Shown here piece after piece: positions 24,186 through 37,252 of a DNA stretch of 64,000 nucleotides. The notes beneath the pieces were generated by a model. That model worked only from the letters and a program-made list of their open reading frames with translations. It was not told the DNA's origin and did no database searches. How positions within the stretch are numbered: position 1 is the stretch's first letter; every line of letters starts with the position of its first letter. The stretch is taken from contig CM082585.2 in the NCBI GenBank assembly GCA_040954595.2, positions 1,364,318 through 1,428,317 on the forward strand, given 5' to 3'. The stretch is from Balanoglossus misakiensis (Eukaryota > Animalia > Hemichordata). The position numbers and the translations under genes are program-made.

Positions 24186-26566
24186 GGGTTATTACACTAA
24201 GTTTGGTCGATAACGTGACGCATCCTCGTGATGTCCATAATATGGACATCCCTTACGAAAAAAGGGCCTGCTGCAAACTCCTCCCGCAAATCTGCAGCAG
24301 GATTCTGCGAACTCACTGCAAACTGCTGCTGCAAAGTGGCAAACAGTCCTGATTTTACCATGCAAATTAGGGGACTTGCAAATTTGTTGCAAACTTCCAG
24401 CAACAAGATTTTGAATACTGCAGTGAGTTCACAGGAATTTGAATACTGCAGTGAGTTCACAGCAATCAAGATTGCCACCTTGAAAATTTGAACATTGCAG
24501 TGAGTTTGCAGCAAGACAATTAACTAGGGGTACCATTGAACCACCCACCCCCACCCCCCATAAAACCTCAGAGACAAGCAAACTATAATTAACAGTTTTT
24601 ATTTTAAAAAAAATCTATTTTAATCACAGGGTTAAGAAATCTAAAAAATCAACATGGTAAAACTACACACTACAAAAATTGGTTTTCAAAAAATAAAAAA
24701 GCTACACTACAAATATAAACACCACAACTTGCTCCTCTGCAAAAAATGTTTTTCCAATATAAAAAACTACACTACAAACAACTTGCTACTCTAATTTTTT
24801 TTCAATATAAAAAAAACTACACTACAAACTTGCTACTCTACAATTTTTTTCCAATATAAAAAACTACACTACAAACTTCCTACTCTACTACACTCTGTTT
24901 TTATTTAAGACAGCCCGTTTGCATGTGGCGCATTTCGCGTTGAATGCATGGATCAGCTCTTTTGTTGACATCTTCAGTTTGTTGACACCAAATACTGAAA
25001 AAGAGAAGAATAAACACATATCAGTTACACCATGCAGTAATAAGGAGAAGATTGCCAAGCATAATTGTTACATATGCAGTTGCCCAATACGAGTAATTTC
25101 CACCAACCGGAAGTCACACAATTCAACTAAAATTCAGGAAAAAAACTTAATATCATTCAGGTACAAAAACTGTTGACCTAACTGATAAATTTCATCGAGT
25201 GTATTTGTAGTAGATGGTCAGAACAAATAAAATGAAATGTATAAGGATGAGATGCACCTTTATAATGATATTTATTTTGAATCCAGTGAATATGGGATAG
25301 CCAATCAAAGAATTTCACTCCAGGGACATGCAAAAAATGTCATTATCATAGAATACAATCATTTCGACATTTTAAAGAAACCTTTTACTTACAAGTCAGT
25401 GCCGTTACAACATGCTGGTAGGGTGTTCCAATAAATGCGCTGGTATTCTTCCCGCTCAGTTGTTCGGGTTTTAAACAACCCATCCATCAGCTTTTTTATG
25501 ACGTAAGATGGCGGCTTGTTCTTGCATCTACCTAAAGTTATGCTCAACCAGGCAGATGGAATCGCTACGTTGGAGTTGGAAAGCCGTTCATATTGCAGTG
25601 GCAGAGGCTCGCCCTCGTCTAGAATCACCTGATTGAAATTAAAAAGAGTACCAATAATTATTACATTGGTGTGAAAGTCATTTAGTACTCACAAAATTCA
25701 ATCCCCACTTACTTACAAAGAGAAGGCTAAATGATTGCATTCAGAATAAACATGACCTATGTCAACAAATTCATTGAGAAAAAAAAATGTTTCCCTGTTA
25801 AAAGCAACAAATTTACATAATTAAACTGTGTATTAAAATGCAAGCATGGGATAACATGAGGTACTAAAGAGAAGGGGTGTATTATGCATGTATATACTGA
25901 CGTGGACTGGGGGGATGCAGAAGTGTGAGCGATGGCGTGCTTACATGAAGAACTGACACTTACATAGTTTGCCCTGGGAATGATTTACCCTCGTTTGGGC
26001 GTGTAATGACTATCCTCAGAGAAGCCTTTTGATGCACAGGTGTGTACACAGCACTGGCGTGTTTTCTCAGCTTCTGCAAAATAATAGTAACAAATTGAGT
26101 CGCACAAATGCACCCACTATTTCTTGCTATTTCATATTTCATTCAAATGTCTGCAACAACATATACTGTGCACATAACAGCCCCCCCCCCCATGCACTGT
26201 TCCAATTACAAGACCTACCCCAATTCTTACTGGCACCATGGACTTATACCACTTATACAATGATGCAACAGGCTTATCTTTTTATAGACACCTGACATTA
26301 GAAAGACCTTGTATGTATACCACTCTATTCTGACAAAAATGCAAGTTAATCAACATCACATATAAAATAATATAATATGAATAGAATAAAACCGATTCAC
26401 AAAATATCAAATAGCTACTTGTTAGGCATTTGATTTTAAGTTGGATGGTGTTTGTGTATTGCAGAGGGATGTTTGTGTGCAGTAATCACGCTGTACATAC
26501 CATGCAAGTTTGGCATACTATCACTCAAATATGACGCGTTATCGACCAAACTTAGTGTAATAACCC
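24186..26566. mobile_element. Non-autonomous TIR DNA transposon (30-bp perfect TIRs; possibly Kolobok-like) carrying a gene relic
   Basis: GGGTTATTACACTAAGTTTGGTCGATAACG at 24186-24215 and its exact reverse complement at 26537-26566. The right flank is TTAA and the left flank is AAAG, so the TSD is imperfect. Confidence 0.8.
24888..25628 (-). pseudogene. Two-exon BEN-domain-like gene relic inside the TIR element
   Basis: Exons 25628-25393 (cag/gtaagt) and 24994-24888 (cag...TAG). Removing one base from TTTAAAACCC gives SYVIKKLMDGLFKPEQLSGKNTSAFIGTPYQHVVTALT-LFGVNKLKMSTKELIHAFNAKCATCKR, which resembles the BEN pattern (LL..LF..E.L...I...IN.KC...R). Confidence 0.55.
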
Positions 26567-26617
26567 TTAAGTAACACCCTCTTATTTTAAAGAAAACTCA
26601 TTATTGAAGCCCATTAA

Positions 26618-26702
26618 CCCTTTCACAACCAAGGTTCAGTCTAAACCCATTGTTATCTATGAAAAGGTTCGACCTGTATAGAAGGAACTGGGGGTGAAAG
26701 GG
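26618..26702. mobile_element. piggyBac-type MITE, 85 bp
   Basis: TTAA|CCCTTTCAC...GTGAAAGGG|TTAA. Related partial copies lie at about 47678-47755 and, inverted, at about 52862-52935. Confidence 0.8.
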
Positions 26703-26866
26703 TTAAAGGGACAAAGTCTCAGTTTTGTCCTTTGACTCACTGGCTTTTATTAGAGGTTCCTACCTTTAAATGTTTCATAAAATGTTTAATCAAATCTGTC
26801 TACAATCAGAGTAGACATTGTTTACATACACCTTTTGTTAAATAATTGTACTGTGTTGTATTTCAG

Positions 26867-26965
26867 ATTTTTGTCAGGAGCAGGTGAGAAATACGGTATG
26901 ATTTCTGAAGGTCTGAGTACTGCATTGCAGTTATTTGACGATATGAAGACTTTGCGATTTTCAAG
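26867..26965 (+). pseudogene. MED25: MED25-like exon (VWA domain of Mediator subunit 25)
   Basis: ttcag/gtaatt boundaries. Translates [32 protein letters not shown] versus recalled human MED25 [32 protein letters not shown]. Neighbouring VWA exons were not found. Confidence 0.85.
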
Positions 26966-27113
26966 GTAATTATGGTAAAATTGTGAGGTTAAAAACCATT
27001 CTCTAATTATGGGCCCCACTTTTTGAGGTGGTTTATCTGTTTATGTAAAGCTCACCATGTCAACCAGGAAATGATTCGATACCGACAGTGGAGTACAACT
27101 GATGTGCGAAGTA

Positions 27114-27639
27114 CATTGAAACCTGCCAAGTAAGGGCACCTCTGGGATCACACAACATGTCCTTTAAGGGATACAGGCTCTCTCTCTCGCTCGCTGCCCC
27201 TTATTCCATTAATTATATTTGATACAAGACACCATTTATGTTTTTTCTACATGTGGATATATGGTGAATTAATATTCAACCACACACAAAGTCCATCCTG
27301 CTTGTGGACATGAGAGTGAAAAAAATCGCCAAAATGAATAATCAGTCTCTACCATTTATTCGTTTTGGGTGAGTTTTTACTCCCATATCATACACGCGGG
27401 ATGGAAGTTGTGTATGGTTGAATGTTCATTCACTACATATACACATGTACATTAACATAAACAGTGTCTTGTATCAAACATTATTAATGGAAAAAAGGGC
27501 AGCGAGAGAGAGACTTTGTCCCTTTAAAAGAGAGGTGTCCTTAAAAGAAATGTGCATGTAATATTCTATTCAAGCCATTACTTTTGTCTTGAACAATCTG
27601 TCCTGATTAGAGAGATGTCTGTATTGACAGGTTTCACTG
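27114..27639. mobile_element. Tc1/mariner-type MITE (TA TSD) with a nested palindromic element at ~27180-27512
   Basis: TA|CATTGAAACCTG...CAGGTTTCACTG|TA. The inner arms CTCTCTCGCT..GCTGCCC..TTTGATACAAGACAC and GTGTCTTGTATCAAA..GGGCAGCGAGAGAG are inverted. Confidence 0.7.
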
Positions 27640-28661
27640 TATTATCAACATTTTCAGTTTCATAATCCTTCTGTGTTTGCCAGAGAATTTTGACAGCAGT
27701 CAAAAGCTTTCTCTGCCATACCCATAATAAAAGAAAGCTTGCACCTGTGTTTTACTGTTTTCAAAGGGGAAATCCGGTCCAGCTGATTTTCTACATAATT
27801 TGGTAGCTTTGAGGTCACTCTTTCAGAAAAAAAAACATATTCGTCAAGTATAAGTCGTCAGGTATTTTACAAAATCGAGGGAAAGTTGGCAGAATTTATA
27901 ATATGGCCTTAACTGTAATTTGAATCATGGGAAAAAAAGCGCCAGGACCAACTTCCATCCACCTTGGTGTGGGTGATACCATTTTCCAATGGGTGTAACT
28001 GCGTGACGGCTTGGGTATCTGTTGCTGAGCAAATATTTGAAATCATACAATCCAGATTCTAAAGTTCACAGGACAAATATACAACATGTTTACATGGCCA
28101 TTTACAACCAATTCATCCTATTGTGGTGATGTACAAAACCTTTTTTGTGGTTTGTTAAAGTTTTCATTACTCTAAATGGGTACTTCCATAAAATGGTAGT
28201 AATATATTTATTAATATTTATTACACATCACATATTATTATTCGCTCTGGCTTTTTTGTCAAATTTTCAAATAAAAAAGGCAGTTATAACTTTGATGGGA
28301 CCAAGAAAAGATTTTGCCATAGGATATCAAAAGGACACTTTCATTGTTTTTATGAACTGTTGTTTTTCTGTTCTATAAAAGATGCAAATTGTTCTACTCC
28401 ATTTTTGGGTCAAAAAATATTTTCATCAGATTGGTTTGAGGGTTAGATGTTGTAGCTAATAGTGTAAAGGCCATGATTGTTTTTGTTCACAAATATATTC
28501 AATTACAATGTATCATTATTATGCAGTTTTACCAATGTTGAGAGGCTTTCCTTGTCAACTGGCCTGTGTGTATGCATCAAATCCTTCATGTAAAAGGTCA
28601 AAGCAGAAAGTATTTCTAACAATGATTAGACTAAAGCAGGAGACTTTTGAGGAGAGTTTGA

Positions 28662-28797
28662 GGAGACATCATGGCCTTGTGGTGAGGGCACAGGGTTGTG
28701 GGTTCAAGAACCAGACCTGGACATGGCCGTGGGTTTTGAGGATGGTGACTTCATGACCGCGATATTGTGCCCTTGAGCGCAGCACTTTACCTCTCAT
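28662..28797 (+). mobile_element. tRNA-derived SINE fragment (CORE-like)
   Basis: A-box-like TGGCCTTGTGG and B-box-like GGTTCAAGAACC, followed by TGTGCCCTTGAGCGCAGCACTTTACCTCTC, which resembles the CORE-SINE central domain. Confidence 0.45.
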
Positions 28798-28896
28798 TGT
28801 TTTGGAGGAACTGGCTTTGTATACTAGTGATCTGCACCTGTTCCAGTCATTCTATCCTAGGTAGACATATTTTCTTTGTTTGCAATAGATGAATTA

Positions 28897-29086
28897 CTGT
28901 CAAACAGGAAATTATTGTGAACTTCGCGAGAACCAAAAAATGCAAATTAAAAGTCACGTAAAAATGTTTTTCAGGGATATTGGTGCAGTTAGTGAAATAT
29001 AAGAAAGCAAAATTTAAGTGTAGCATAACAGTTGTCTCTATTGATATTGCAAACATTTCCTGTCACAGAAATTTCCCGTTTTACAG
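28897..29086. mobile_element. TA-flanked MITE (CTGT..AAAC.GGAAATT TIR family)
   Basis: TA|CTGTCAAACAGGAAATT...ATTTCCCGTTTTACAG|TA. A related copy lies at about 51325-51529. Confidence 0.6.
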
Positions 29087-29121
29087 TATATAAATAAATC
29101 AACTAAATATTTTTACTACAG

Positions 29122-29383
29122 GTGCCGCACCAACAAGTCATCTGTCACTTGGACAACCAAGTCAAATTGGAAGTCAGTCTCCACAACAACTGTCATCCTC
29201 TCAACAGTAATTGACTCAACCAAGTCAGCCCCAGATGCAGGGCCAAGGTCAAAGGTCATCAATGCCTTTTGGTCAGCCTACCAGTTTACCCAACCAACCA
29301 GTATCCGCTGTCACAGCAAACAGGACACAACAACCAAATGTGACTGTTTCATTTATCCCATTGAGACAATTTTCATCACCCAG
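29122..29383 (+). pseudogene. MED25: Q/P/S-rich exon, probably MED25 middle region, with a nonsense codon
   Basis: acag/gtacag boundaries; GAAPTSHLSLGQPSQIGSQSPQQLSSSQQ*LTQPSQPQMQ...; in-frame TAA at 29208-29210. Confidence 0.55.
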
Positions 29384-29809
29384 GTACAGTTGTGGTCTAC
29401 CTTCTACTTTATTATATAATAAAATAGCCGTTTCTAGTTACCCATCCTGTGAATTGAAAGCTTTTTATGACTGTTTCACATAGCCTTGTCTAACCATTAT
29501 CTTTACAGTTGACTATTGTTTCAAAACAAATTCAAAACTTCTGTTTTGGTTGCTAGAAACCCACTCTGTAAATGCTAAGACTTTTTTGGATAATGCCACA
29601 GACTCAGTAATCAAATTCAATTTTTAATGTGATTAATGTTGATAAGCCCTAAAACTCAATCCCATCCAAATGTGTGTTGAAAATAGGACTTTGAGAGTTG
29701 CAAGCTCAACATCGAATCAAAAATTGCAGTCATGAATTAAAAATGGGGTTTTGAATACTGGCCTTGATAATGCTCCATATTAACTAGGTTTGTTAATCTT
29801 TTTGGACAG

Positions 29810-29993
29810 GCAACTTCACCTCCAAAGATGACTTCCCAGCAGGCACCAGCTGCTGCACTGAAAGCCACAGAGGGTGTCATGCAAATGGCAAATGCTAGTC
29901 AGTTCAGTAAGATGCCACCAATTGCTGCTGTGAATTCTATCAACTCACAGCCACAGGAGAGATGGCCAGGTACAGATTCACAGCCACAAAGAG
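29810..29993 (+). pseudogene. MED25: MED25-like exon (SD1-region motif)
   Basis: acag acceptor. ATSPPKMTSQQAPAAALKATEGVMQMAN resembles MED25 PPNLSAAQVAAQNAVEAAKNQ. Donor is after 29969 or 29993, both phase 1. Confidence 0.55.
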
Positions 29994-30000
29994 GTAGGTA

Positions 30001-30333
30001 CAGTCAAACCTGTCTATACTGGCCAGACAGGGGACTTTCCTAACTGGCCTTTATAGAAAGGTGGCCTCTACAGTCAGGTCATTTAATGTGCAATGTGTAA
30101 TATATTGCTATATTATTGTGGGCTTATACCAGAGTGATTAGACGACACAGGACATGTGTGTACAAACTAGACAGCCATGCTGTTTTTTTATTGCCAACTG
30201 CACATGCTCACTCGTTCAGCCTCGTACACTGCAAATTTATACATAACAGTAAATACCAATACCTAACACAATGTATATGGACTGTAACAGAGTAGCCACT
30301 ATATAGAGGTGGCACCTAACACGGGTTTGACTG
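30001..30333. mobile_element. Tc1/mariner-type MITE
   Basis: TA|CAGTCAAACC...GGTTTGACTG|TA. The same TIR family occurs at 46844-47028 and 47487-47656. Confidence 0.75.
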
Positions 30334-30583
30334 TAACATCTGTTATGTTGCCATGGCAGTCATTTACTGTTAATTTGATTATACAGAGGAAAAAATATTC
30401 CAGTTCCCTTTCTTATATCCTCATATCAGTGGCAGAGTACGCCAGTGTCACTGTAAAATTTTGTCGACATTTTTGCTAAGTTAGCTGTAGTAGCTGTTGG
30501 CTATTTTTTCTGTATTTTTAATCCAAGGAATTAAAGTGAATTCAATGCTTGTAAATAATTTCTAATTTCTTCTTACCCTCCAG

Positions 30584-30706
30584 ATATGAATGAATGTCAC
30601 AGTGGTGGATATGCATGTCAACACTATTGTCAGAATACCCATGGTAGTTATCTCTGCACTTGCAGACCAGGATTCTATCTGCTGGAGGATGGCCATGCAT
30701 GTGCCG
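30584..30706 (+). CDS. Calcium-binding EGF exon 1 (intact, phase 1-1)
   Basis: ccag/gtatgt, 123 bp: DMNECHSGGYACQHYCQNTHGSYLCTCRPGFYLLEDGHACA, with six Cys and the cbEGF consensus. Confidence 0.85.
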
Positions 30707-31961
30707 GTATGTAACTGTGGATATTGATATCTTCTGTGGCTACATTGTTTGGGGATTGTATATTGCTACGGTTACAATCAGCTAAACACACATCCTGTCT
30801 GTCCATTGCACACATTTTAAAATTTGAAATCAACCGCACACTCGTACTGAACACATGTTTGTTGAAATTGTATCTCAGAATTTTTCCAATTATAATTATG
30901 CATAATATAAACAAATTAACAAATGTGAAAACTTATCTTTGAAAATTTGTTTGCAAGGGAGAAAAAGTAATCTGTATTTTAAAAATCAGACAAAGTTTTG
31001 CTGACAGGGTACACAAGTTTCAGGGGATTTTGTTAAAATGAGAATGATAGAGAGTGTTAAAATTCCTAGAAAGGGATCGCCATGGATATTGAGGACTTTG
31101 GTGTAAAAACAATTAATTGATCAAGAAATATGTGGTTAAGAATATGTGTCATCAACCTCACACGATACTATAAGACTGTCTGATATATTCATGTACAAGT
31201 ATTTTCACTACTTATTTGCATAATTTAATGAAATTAGCATAAATTATCAACCTATAGCTAAATAAATTACCTCTGCAAAGAATAAATATACACTTAGAAA
31301 ATTCATATAGTTTTCATCTCATTTTAAAGACATTACAAAATGCTTCTCTGAGGGTACAGTAATTTTTAACGGGTATATTCTTGATAACTCATCACCATGA
31401 ATGAGCATTTCAAAACTTAACAAGGCCAGTGTACGAAATAAAGCCTGTCCGACAGTCCGAGACTGGTTGTTTTTCTGTAGGACTGGTAAAAATAAAATGT
31501 TACCAGTCCGACAGACAGGTTGAATTTAGCGTGGGAGTTGACTAGTGGTATCATGGCATCTTTTAGACTTTCCCAGGTTCATGTATTGCAATTAAAAGAA
31601 ACAATGACTGCTTGATATTTCCTATGAATTTCGAACACTGACAAGGCATATGGCTAAATAGGATTCAGTGTTTGTGCACCTTCTATCCACAATGCTGGAT
31701 CTATTGACAGTTTTCAAAGGGGTTTAAAGACTCGTCTTTTTATTCAGCACTATTTCATTCCATTGCTTTTTTGGTTTATAGGGATTGTCTTTCAGAACTG
31801 TTTCTGTTTGTTTGGGGTTTTTAAGTGTAATTTTTTATCCTTTAAGCTTTCACTTGTTTTCTAATTTTATTATTTTCTGTAGAAGATGTATGTGTATTAC
31901 ATTTGTTAGGAAATAAATAATAATAAAATAAATAAATAATAATAACTATCTTTGATTTCAG

Positions 31962-32078
31962 ATGTCAATGAATATATGGAGAGAGCAGATCTTTGTGAAG
32001 GCCAGTGTGTGAATACAGCAGGCTCTTTTTATTTCACTTGTGCTGTGGAATATTGATTGGTCAATGGAGAGTGTACAG
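31962..32078 (+). pseudogene. cbEGF exon 2 (degenerate)
   Basis: ttcag/gtaaga, 117 bp: DVNEYMERADLCEGQCVNTAGSFYFTCAVEY*LVNGECT. Two Cys are lost and there is an internal stop. Confidence 0.8.
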
Positions 32079-32089
32079 GTAAGATCAAC

Positions 32090-32465
32090 ACAATATAGAA
32101 ATAATGCACGACGCCATGACCATTAATGTTTGTTTATGGGCAAGGGCGAGGGGAAAGCCAAAAATTCATGGGCGAGGCTTCCGAGCCCATTAATTTTAGC
32201 TTAGCTAGAGCCCGAGCCCTGCATTTATTTCCATTACATTACCAACAATCTCAAGAAAACCGTCAATATTTCTGAAAATGTCCCACACACAAGACTTGGG
32301 GCCCCGGAACTTGTGTTATGCAAAATGTTGTGTTCACTGAACTGTTTGCTAATATTACTATTCAGATTTACGGGCATGTAAACAAACCATTACTGGGTAT
32401 TTGTGGTCAGTGATGTCGTTCATCTTGACCAATTAAAATGCGACGCACAGACCACGGTAATATAA
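32090..32465. mobile_element. Non-autonomous element with a central GC-rich palindrome
   Basis: AAAATTCATGGGCGAGGCTTCCGAGCCCATTAATTTT hairpin flanked by GGGCGAGG / CCCGAGCCC arms. Ends are approximate. Confidence 0.45.
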
Positions 32466-34410
32466 TATGTGGGCAACGAAAGGTCCTGTATCTGTAATTT
32501 TTGAATTTTTATTCAGTATTATTCTGGTTGTCAACGATCATTTCAGCTCGGTGAAGCTGGGTAAGCAATGTTGTTATTGTTTAAACATTGTATTCAAGCC
32601 TGTGTCTGGACTTGGATGCAATTTGTCAATAATAACAGTGATTGGTAACTGCATGTTTACATAACTGGCTATCTGTTAAAGAGACCATTTGCTGTGTGTA
32701 CAGTACACATGCCATTGGCCGCTTATGGGTCAGCCAGTGTTTGCCTGTTAATCTCTCGATGTGTGTTATTCTGTCTGTACAGTCAGATCGCACGGTACTC
32801 ATTAACATATGTTAATGAGGGAAAGTACTTCAAACCATGTAGCTGTTAGAGTGGGCCCCGCTGAAGGGTCGCAAAATAGGCCATTTTTTACGCGACATTA
32901 TAGAGCTGATTTCAGGCGAGGAGGACTGTGTACAAAATTGAGTATAGACAACTCAGGTTTTAAAGGATGTTTCATCATTTCCACTGTGTCAACGTCACTA
33001 CATCCTTGCTATGAGAAAAAGCCATCCCTTGTGTACTTCGTGCTTATCACGGGCAAACAATTTGTTTAAAATCCCTGATTTTGAAATGGTGCAAACATTT
33101 CACCAACAAACTAACACACCATTTGCCCTTACTCAAGACAGCCTGATTTGTTTGAAATGTTATAAAACATTTGTTGCTTTAGCGGAAAAAGCCAGGTGTA
33201 GTATTCAACAAGGCTTAATTATGTCGAGTGATATAGCACTTGCTGAAGAAATTAAAAAATATGTCACAATGCTACAATAAAGGATGCAGCTGTGACGACG
33301 ACTTGGTGAATTTTGCATGCTGGAAAACTGTTGTCTTTTTAGGAGAAGTGCTCCTCAGAAAACATGCCATTCTATTGTTTGATGTCAGGCAATATTTCAA
33401 TGATTGTTTAGACAATGAATATCAGACTTTGCGACCCAATGTCAAGTTACAACGAGTGGAATTCCACAGAAAACCTAATAGCTGGCTTATTCGGGAATTG
33501 CTATGTGTGTATTTTCCAATTCACCTTTCTGTTGTATCAAAAGTGAGTAGAAAGTTCTCCACCTTTTTGTACCGAACAGGTTCAGATCTCACTATTGCCC
33601 TCCAAAATGCACTTGTCGAACATCCTCAGTATGTTGTGCAAGCTGAGAAACAGATAGAGAGGCTTGAAAAGCAAGTAAGAGACTTGAGTAAAGTTGACGT
33701 TGACTTTTTCAAAATGCTTGATTTGGTGGCTGTGAAATTAAATGCCAGCATTTATCAGCAATCTCAAGAATTCAGTAATTACTGCAAAACAAACAATGTT
33801 GATCTGAGTACACTTGATGTTGAATATATTGTCAGTGAGGTTGACCCTATGTTATGGAACACTGTTGTATATTTAACGTTGAACAACAGTGAACGCAATA
33901 AATTAAAAAGCTCCAACTTTGTATGGAATAAACACAACTATGGATTTTATGACCGGCACTCTATGGAGAGTAGAGCATGATTCCTCAGGCGTTTCTTTTG
34001 TGTGTATGCTATTGTTCATTTGTTCTGATCATTGTACTTACCCATTGCATACTTACCTGGCTGACATTGTTGAAGGTTATAGTAAGTCATCTACTCTAGT
34101 GAAAATTCTAAATTGATTTGGTATTATTTGTTCTGGAGATACATTGCATAGATACATGTTGGGAGTGATCAACAAAAGAACATCAGCTGATTTCACAGAG
34201 GAAAATATTGCAAATAATGCATTTTGTTTAACTTCCATTGACAATATTGATAAATCAGCTAAATATGCAGCTGTTAGAGCTGATCCAAAGGACAGAGGTT
34301 TCCACGGTACTTCTTATCGAATGGTCCAACCAAAATCAAAGTCAATTCTGAACAGTATTGATGATATTGTTTTTGGCAGTCATGACAAACATTCAACTGT
34401 CAAAGATTTT

Positions 34411-34740
34411 CAGCTAATCAACATTTATGGTGATGGAAGGTGCTTTTTCAGGAGCATCTCTGTGAGAAATGATTTTGCATTACGAAATTGTGATCGTCTA
34501 CTTAATGGACTCCCTTCTGACCCAATTTTAGCTGACCGAGAGAAAATATTCACAGACAAGTTAAGAGCAGATACAGTAGACATAATGCGTGCCAATCATA
34601 TATACTTTGAAGGACATATATACACCAAGCAGAATGATATATTTGCAAGAGGTGATGGTGATGTGTTCTCCAAGACTGAGCCTGTCTGTCTCTTGTACAC
34701 ACCAGACAGGCCAGGTCAACCAGGCCATTATGATTTGCTT
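34411..34740 (+). other. OTU-like cysteine protease domain within the transposase
   Basis: INIYGDGRCFFRSIS (Cys at 34441) and LLY...GHYDLLL (His at 34726) match the OTU Cys and His boxes. The central helix region looks shortened. Confidence 0.7.
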
Positions 34741-35010
34741 CTTAACAGGCAGTTAATTAAAAGAAAAGATAGTCTGGTGAGTGAAAATGCAAAGAATTCA
34801 TTTGAACGGTGTCAGGAATTAAACAGTGGCTTTTGTTCACAAAATACAGTAGACTCTGAAATGAATAAAATTTTGGCCAATTTTCCTTGTGGAAATAATA
34901 CTAAAATCATGGTTGACAGATCTATCTCAAAAAATACTGGTACAGGTTTGAGTGCACCTGTGAGTAAAGCCTGTACATTTACGGAGAAAAAATTCAATGA
35001 TACTGTTCAT

Positions 35011-36725
35011 TTTTTTTTTTTTTTTTTTATTTCCATTCATTTAATCTTACATGTATCATAAAGATAAATCGTGTTTTGATGAAATAAATAAATAAATAAA
35101 TAAATAAAAAATAATACTATATAAAAAGAGATTCACCAGGTACATTTGTTTAACAAAATAATTACATCTCAGACGGAAGCAAGGATTTTCTTCCAATAAT
35201 GGGTGAAATCTAGATTATTATTCCTTTTGAGTATTTGGTGCATAAATTGTAGATATCTGTAAAATATATCGAAATTGGTTTTTGCTCTAATGCTGTTAAT
35301 ATCATGTTGTAAATGGACCCATGAAGCGAATACACAATACTTTGCAATGGTAATGACAATGTTTACAAATCTATAAAGAGGATGACTGTACATAGTTTTG
35401 TAACCAAGAATAATAGTTTCTAAGTCGACCTCATGACATATGCCAAGTTTGCTGAGCAAAGCAGATAAACGCTGCCAAAAATCCCCTAAACGTTGACATT
35501 TTAAAAATAGATGCTCATAAGAATCAGTTACATTTCAAAGACAACATAGATCATTTTTACTAATTTTCCATCTTAAAAGATTGATGCCACATGGCAAAAT
35601 GTTATGCATAATCTTAAAGTTAAATTCAGCAAGTTTCCTATCACAACACAATCCAGTCGTTTGGTTAACCCATATAGTTCTCCACTGTAGTGGAGTAGTC
35701 ATGGTCAAACGACGATTCCATGTATTTTCACAATATGGACGAATAAAACGATTTTGCACAAAAATACTGTAAAAAATTTTGAAGTAAGGCGAGACAGATC
35801 ATTAGGTAAAACAAAAACTTTTCCATTGACATGAAGAAAATTCTTTCTCTACGCATCTGATGCAACTGAGTACCTTTCAACACAGACTTCCATTCTCTGG
35901 GAATAAGATTCCGCAACTTCATCCATTCAACTATCCAATTTGACTTATTCTCGAGTTTTTGTAACAACAGTGTAGGTGGAAGAAAATCGCCGTTGGTATC
36001 GACAATGTCCTGGACATAGATAATATTTGAGTGAATCCAACCAGGGAAAAAAAGAGTCTTACCATTATCTGAAATGTTGACATTACCCCAGATAATTTGA
36101 TTACGCACATCTAAATTACTGAGTTTGGAGAAAGTGACGCAACCACCTTTTGCACTATGCCAAGCTGAAATTACTTGTTTATAGAAAAAGGGAATTCTCT
36201 CGAGAAATGGGAAACAGGAAATGTTGCTAAAATTGAAATGAAAAATAAGAAAATCTGGACCATAGTGCCCGAGCCAATGCAGTGGCAAGGCCTTCCATTT
36301 GGCAGAGGAATTGTCACATAATCTACGAACCCATGATGAACAAAAGGCGTCATGGATGGCAAAAATGTCAGGCATGTTTAGTCCCCCGCAATCATAAGGG
36401 GCAATGAGTGTGAGCCTTTTGATTTTGTCTGGCTTGTCATTCCACAGAAATTTGAAAATAAGACGGTTGATATTCGTGAGCCACGTTTCAAAAGCACCAA
36501 GATTAAGCATAAGGTAGTAAATTGTGGGCAGTGCCAAAGACTTTAAAACCGTAATTTTGCCATAAAGGCTCAGCTTACGTCGTGACCAGATGTTGAGCAC
36601 GCTTTTAAGCCTTTCAATTTTCTTTTCCCATTTCAAAAGTAGACATTTCAGTCGATCGTATCCAAAGAAAACCCCAAGGGATTTTATAGGCTGTTGCTCC
36701 CACATAAAACCCCCAGGTTTATCAT
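35011..36725 (-). mobile_element. 5'-truncated L1/Tx1-clade non-LTR retrotransposon
   Basis: Poly(A) tail seen as the T-run at 35010-35028; 14-bp TSD ATGATACTGTTCAT at 34997-35010 and 36726-36739. ORF2 C-terminal motifs WSRRKLSLYGKITVLKSLALP, FLWNDKPDKIKR..GGLNMPD and a CCHC-like C..C....E.HLF..C, with frameshifts. Confidence 0.92.
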
Positions 36726-37252
36726 ATGATACTGTTCATGATGATGTAGTATTTAATTAAACCACCTCTACTGAGACAACATCAACCACAGTCATCAATT
36801 TCGCTGTCAGATTTTGACATTAAACAAGAAGAAGCCATTGCTTGGTCAGAACTGTTTTCTGACGCATTCATTTTTGCTCTACAAAAAATACAATGCACAG
36901 AGCTGATATAGAAACAGTATTTGGGGATTTTAAATCAACATTAGCAACAACTGCTAACAGTAATGACAGTGAATGCTCAAATGTCATTTATTTGGGCATA
37001 TCAAGTGAACACGCAGACTCTATTGAAACTGTCCATAACATTATCAATAAGCTGTATATGTTACATTCAGAGTTGGTGTAAGAATAAAATACCTGGTTGT
37101 GGTTGGTGATGGGAAAACTTTCCATCACCTGATAAAGTTAAAAGACATGTATGGTGCAGATTTAGACTGGTTGCAGCCTTTTATCGGAGACTGGCATACT
37201 CTAAAAAATTACCAACCAGTCATCATGAAAATATTCTGGGATGCTGACTTAA

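Noticed and set aside
24192-24514. Overlapping ORFs on both strands
   Set aside because: They fall in a CTGCAG/TGCAAA-rich repeat nested in the TIR element and show no domain similarity.
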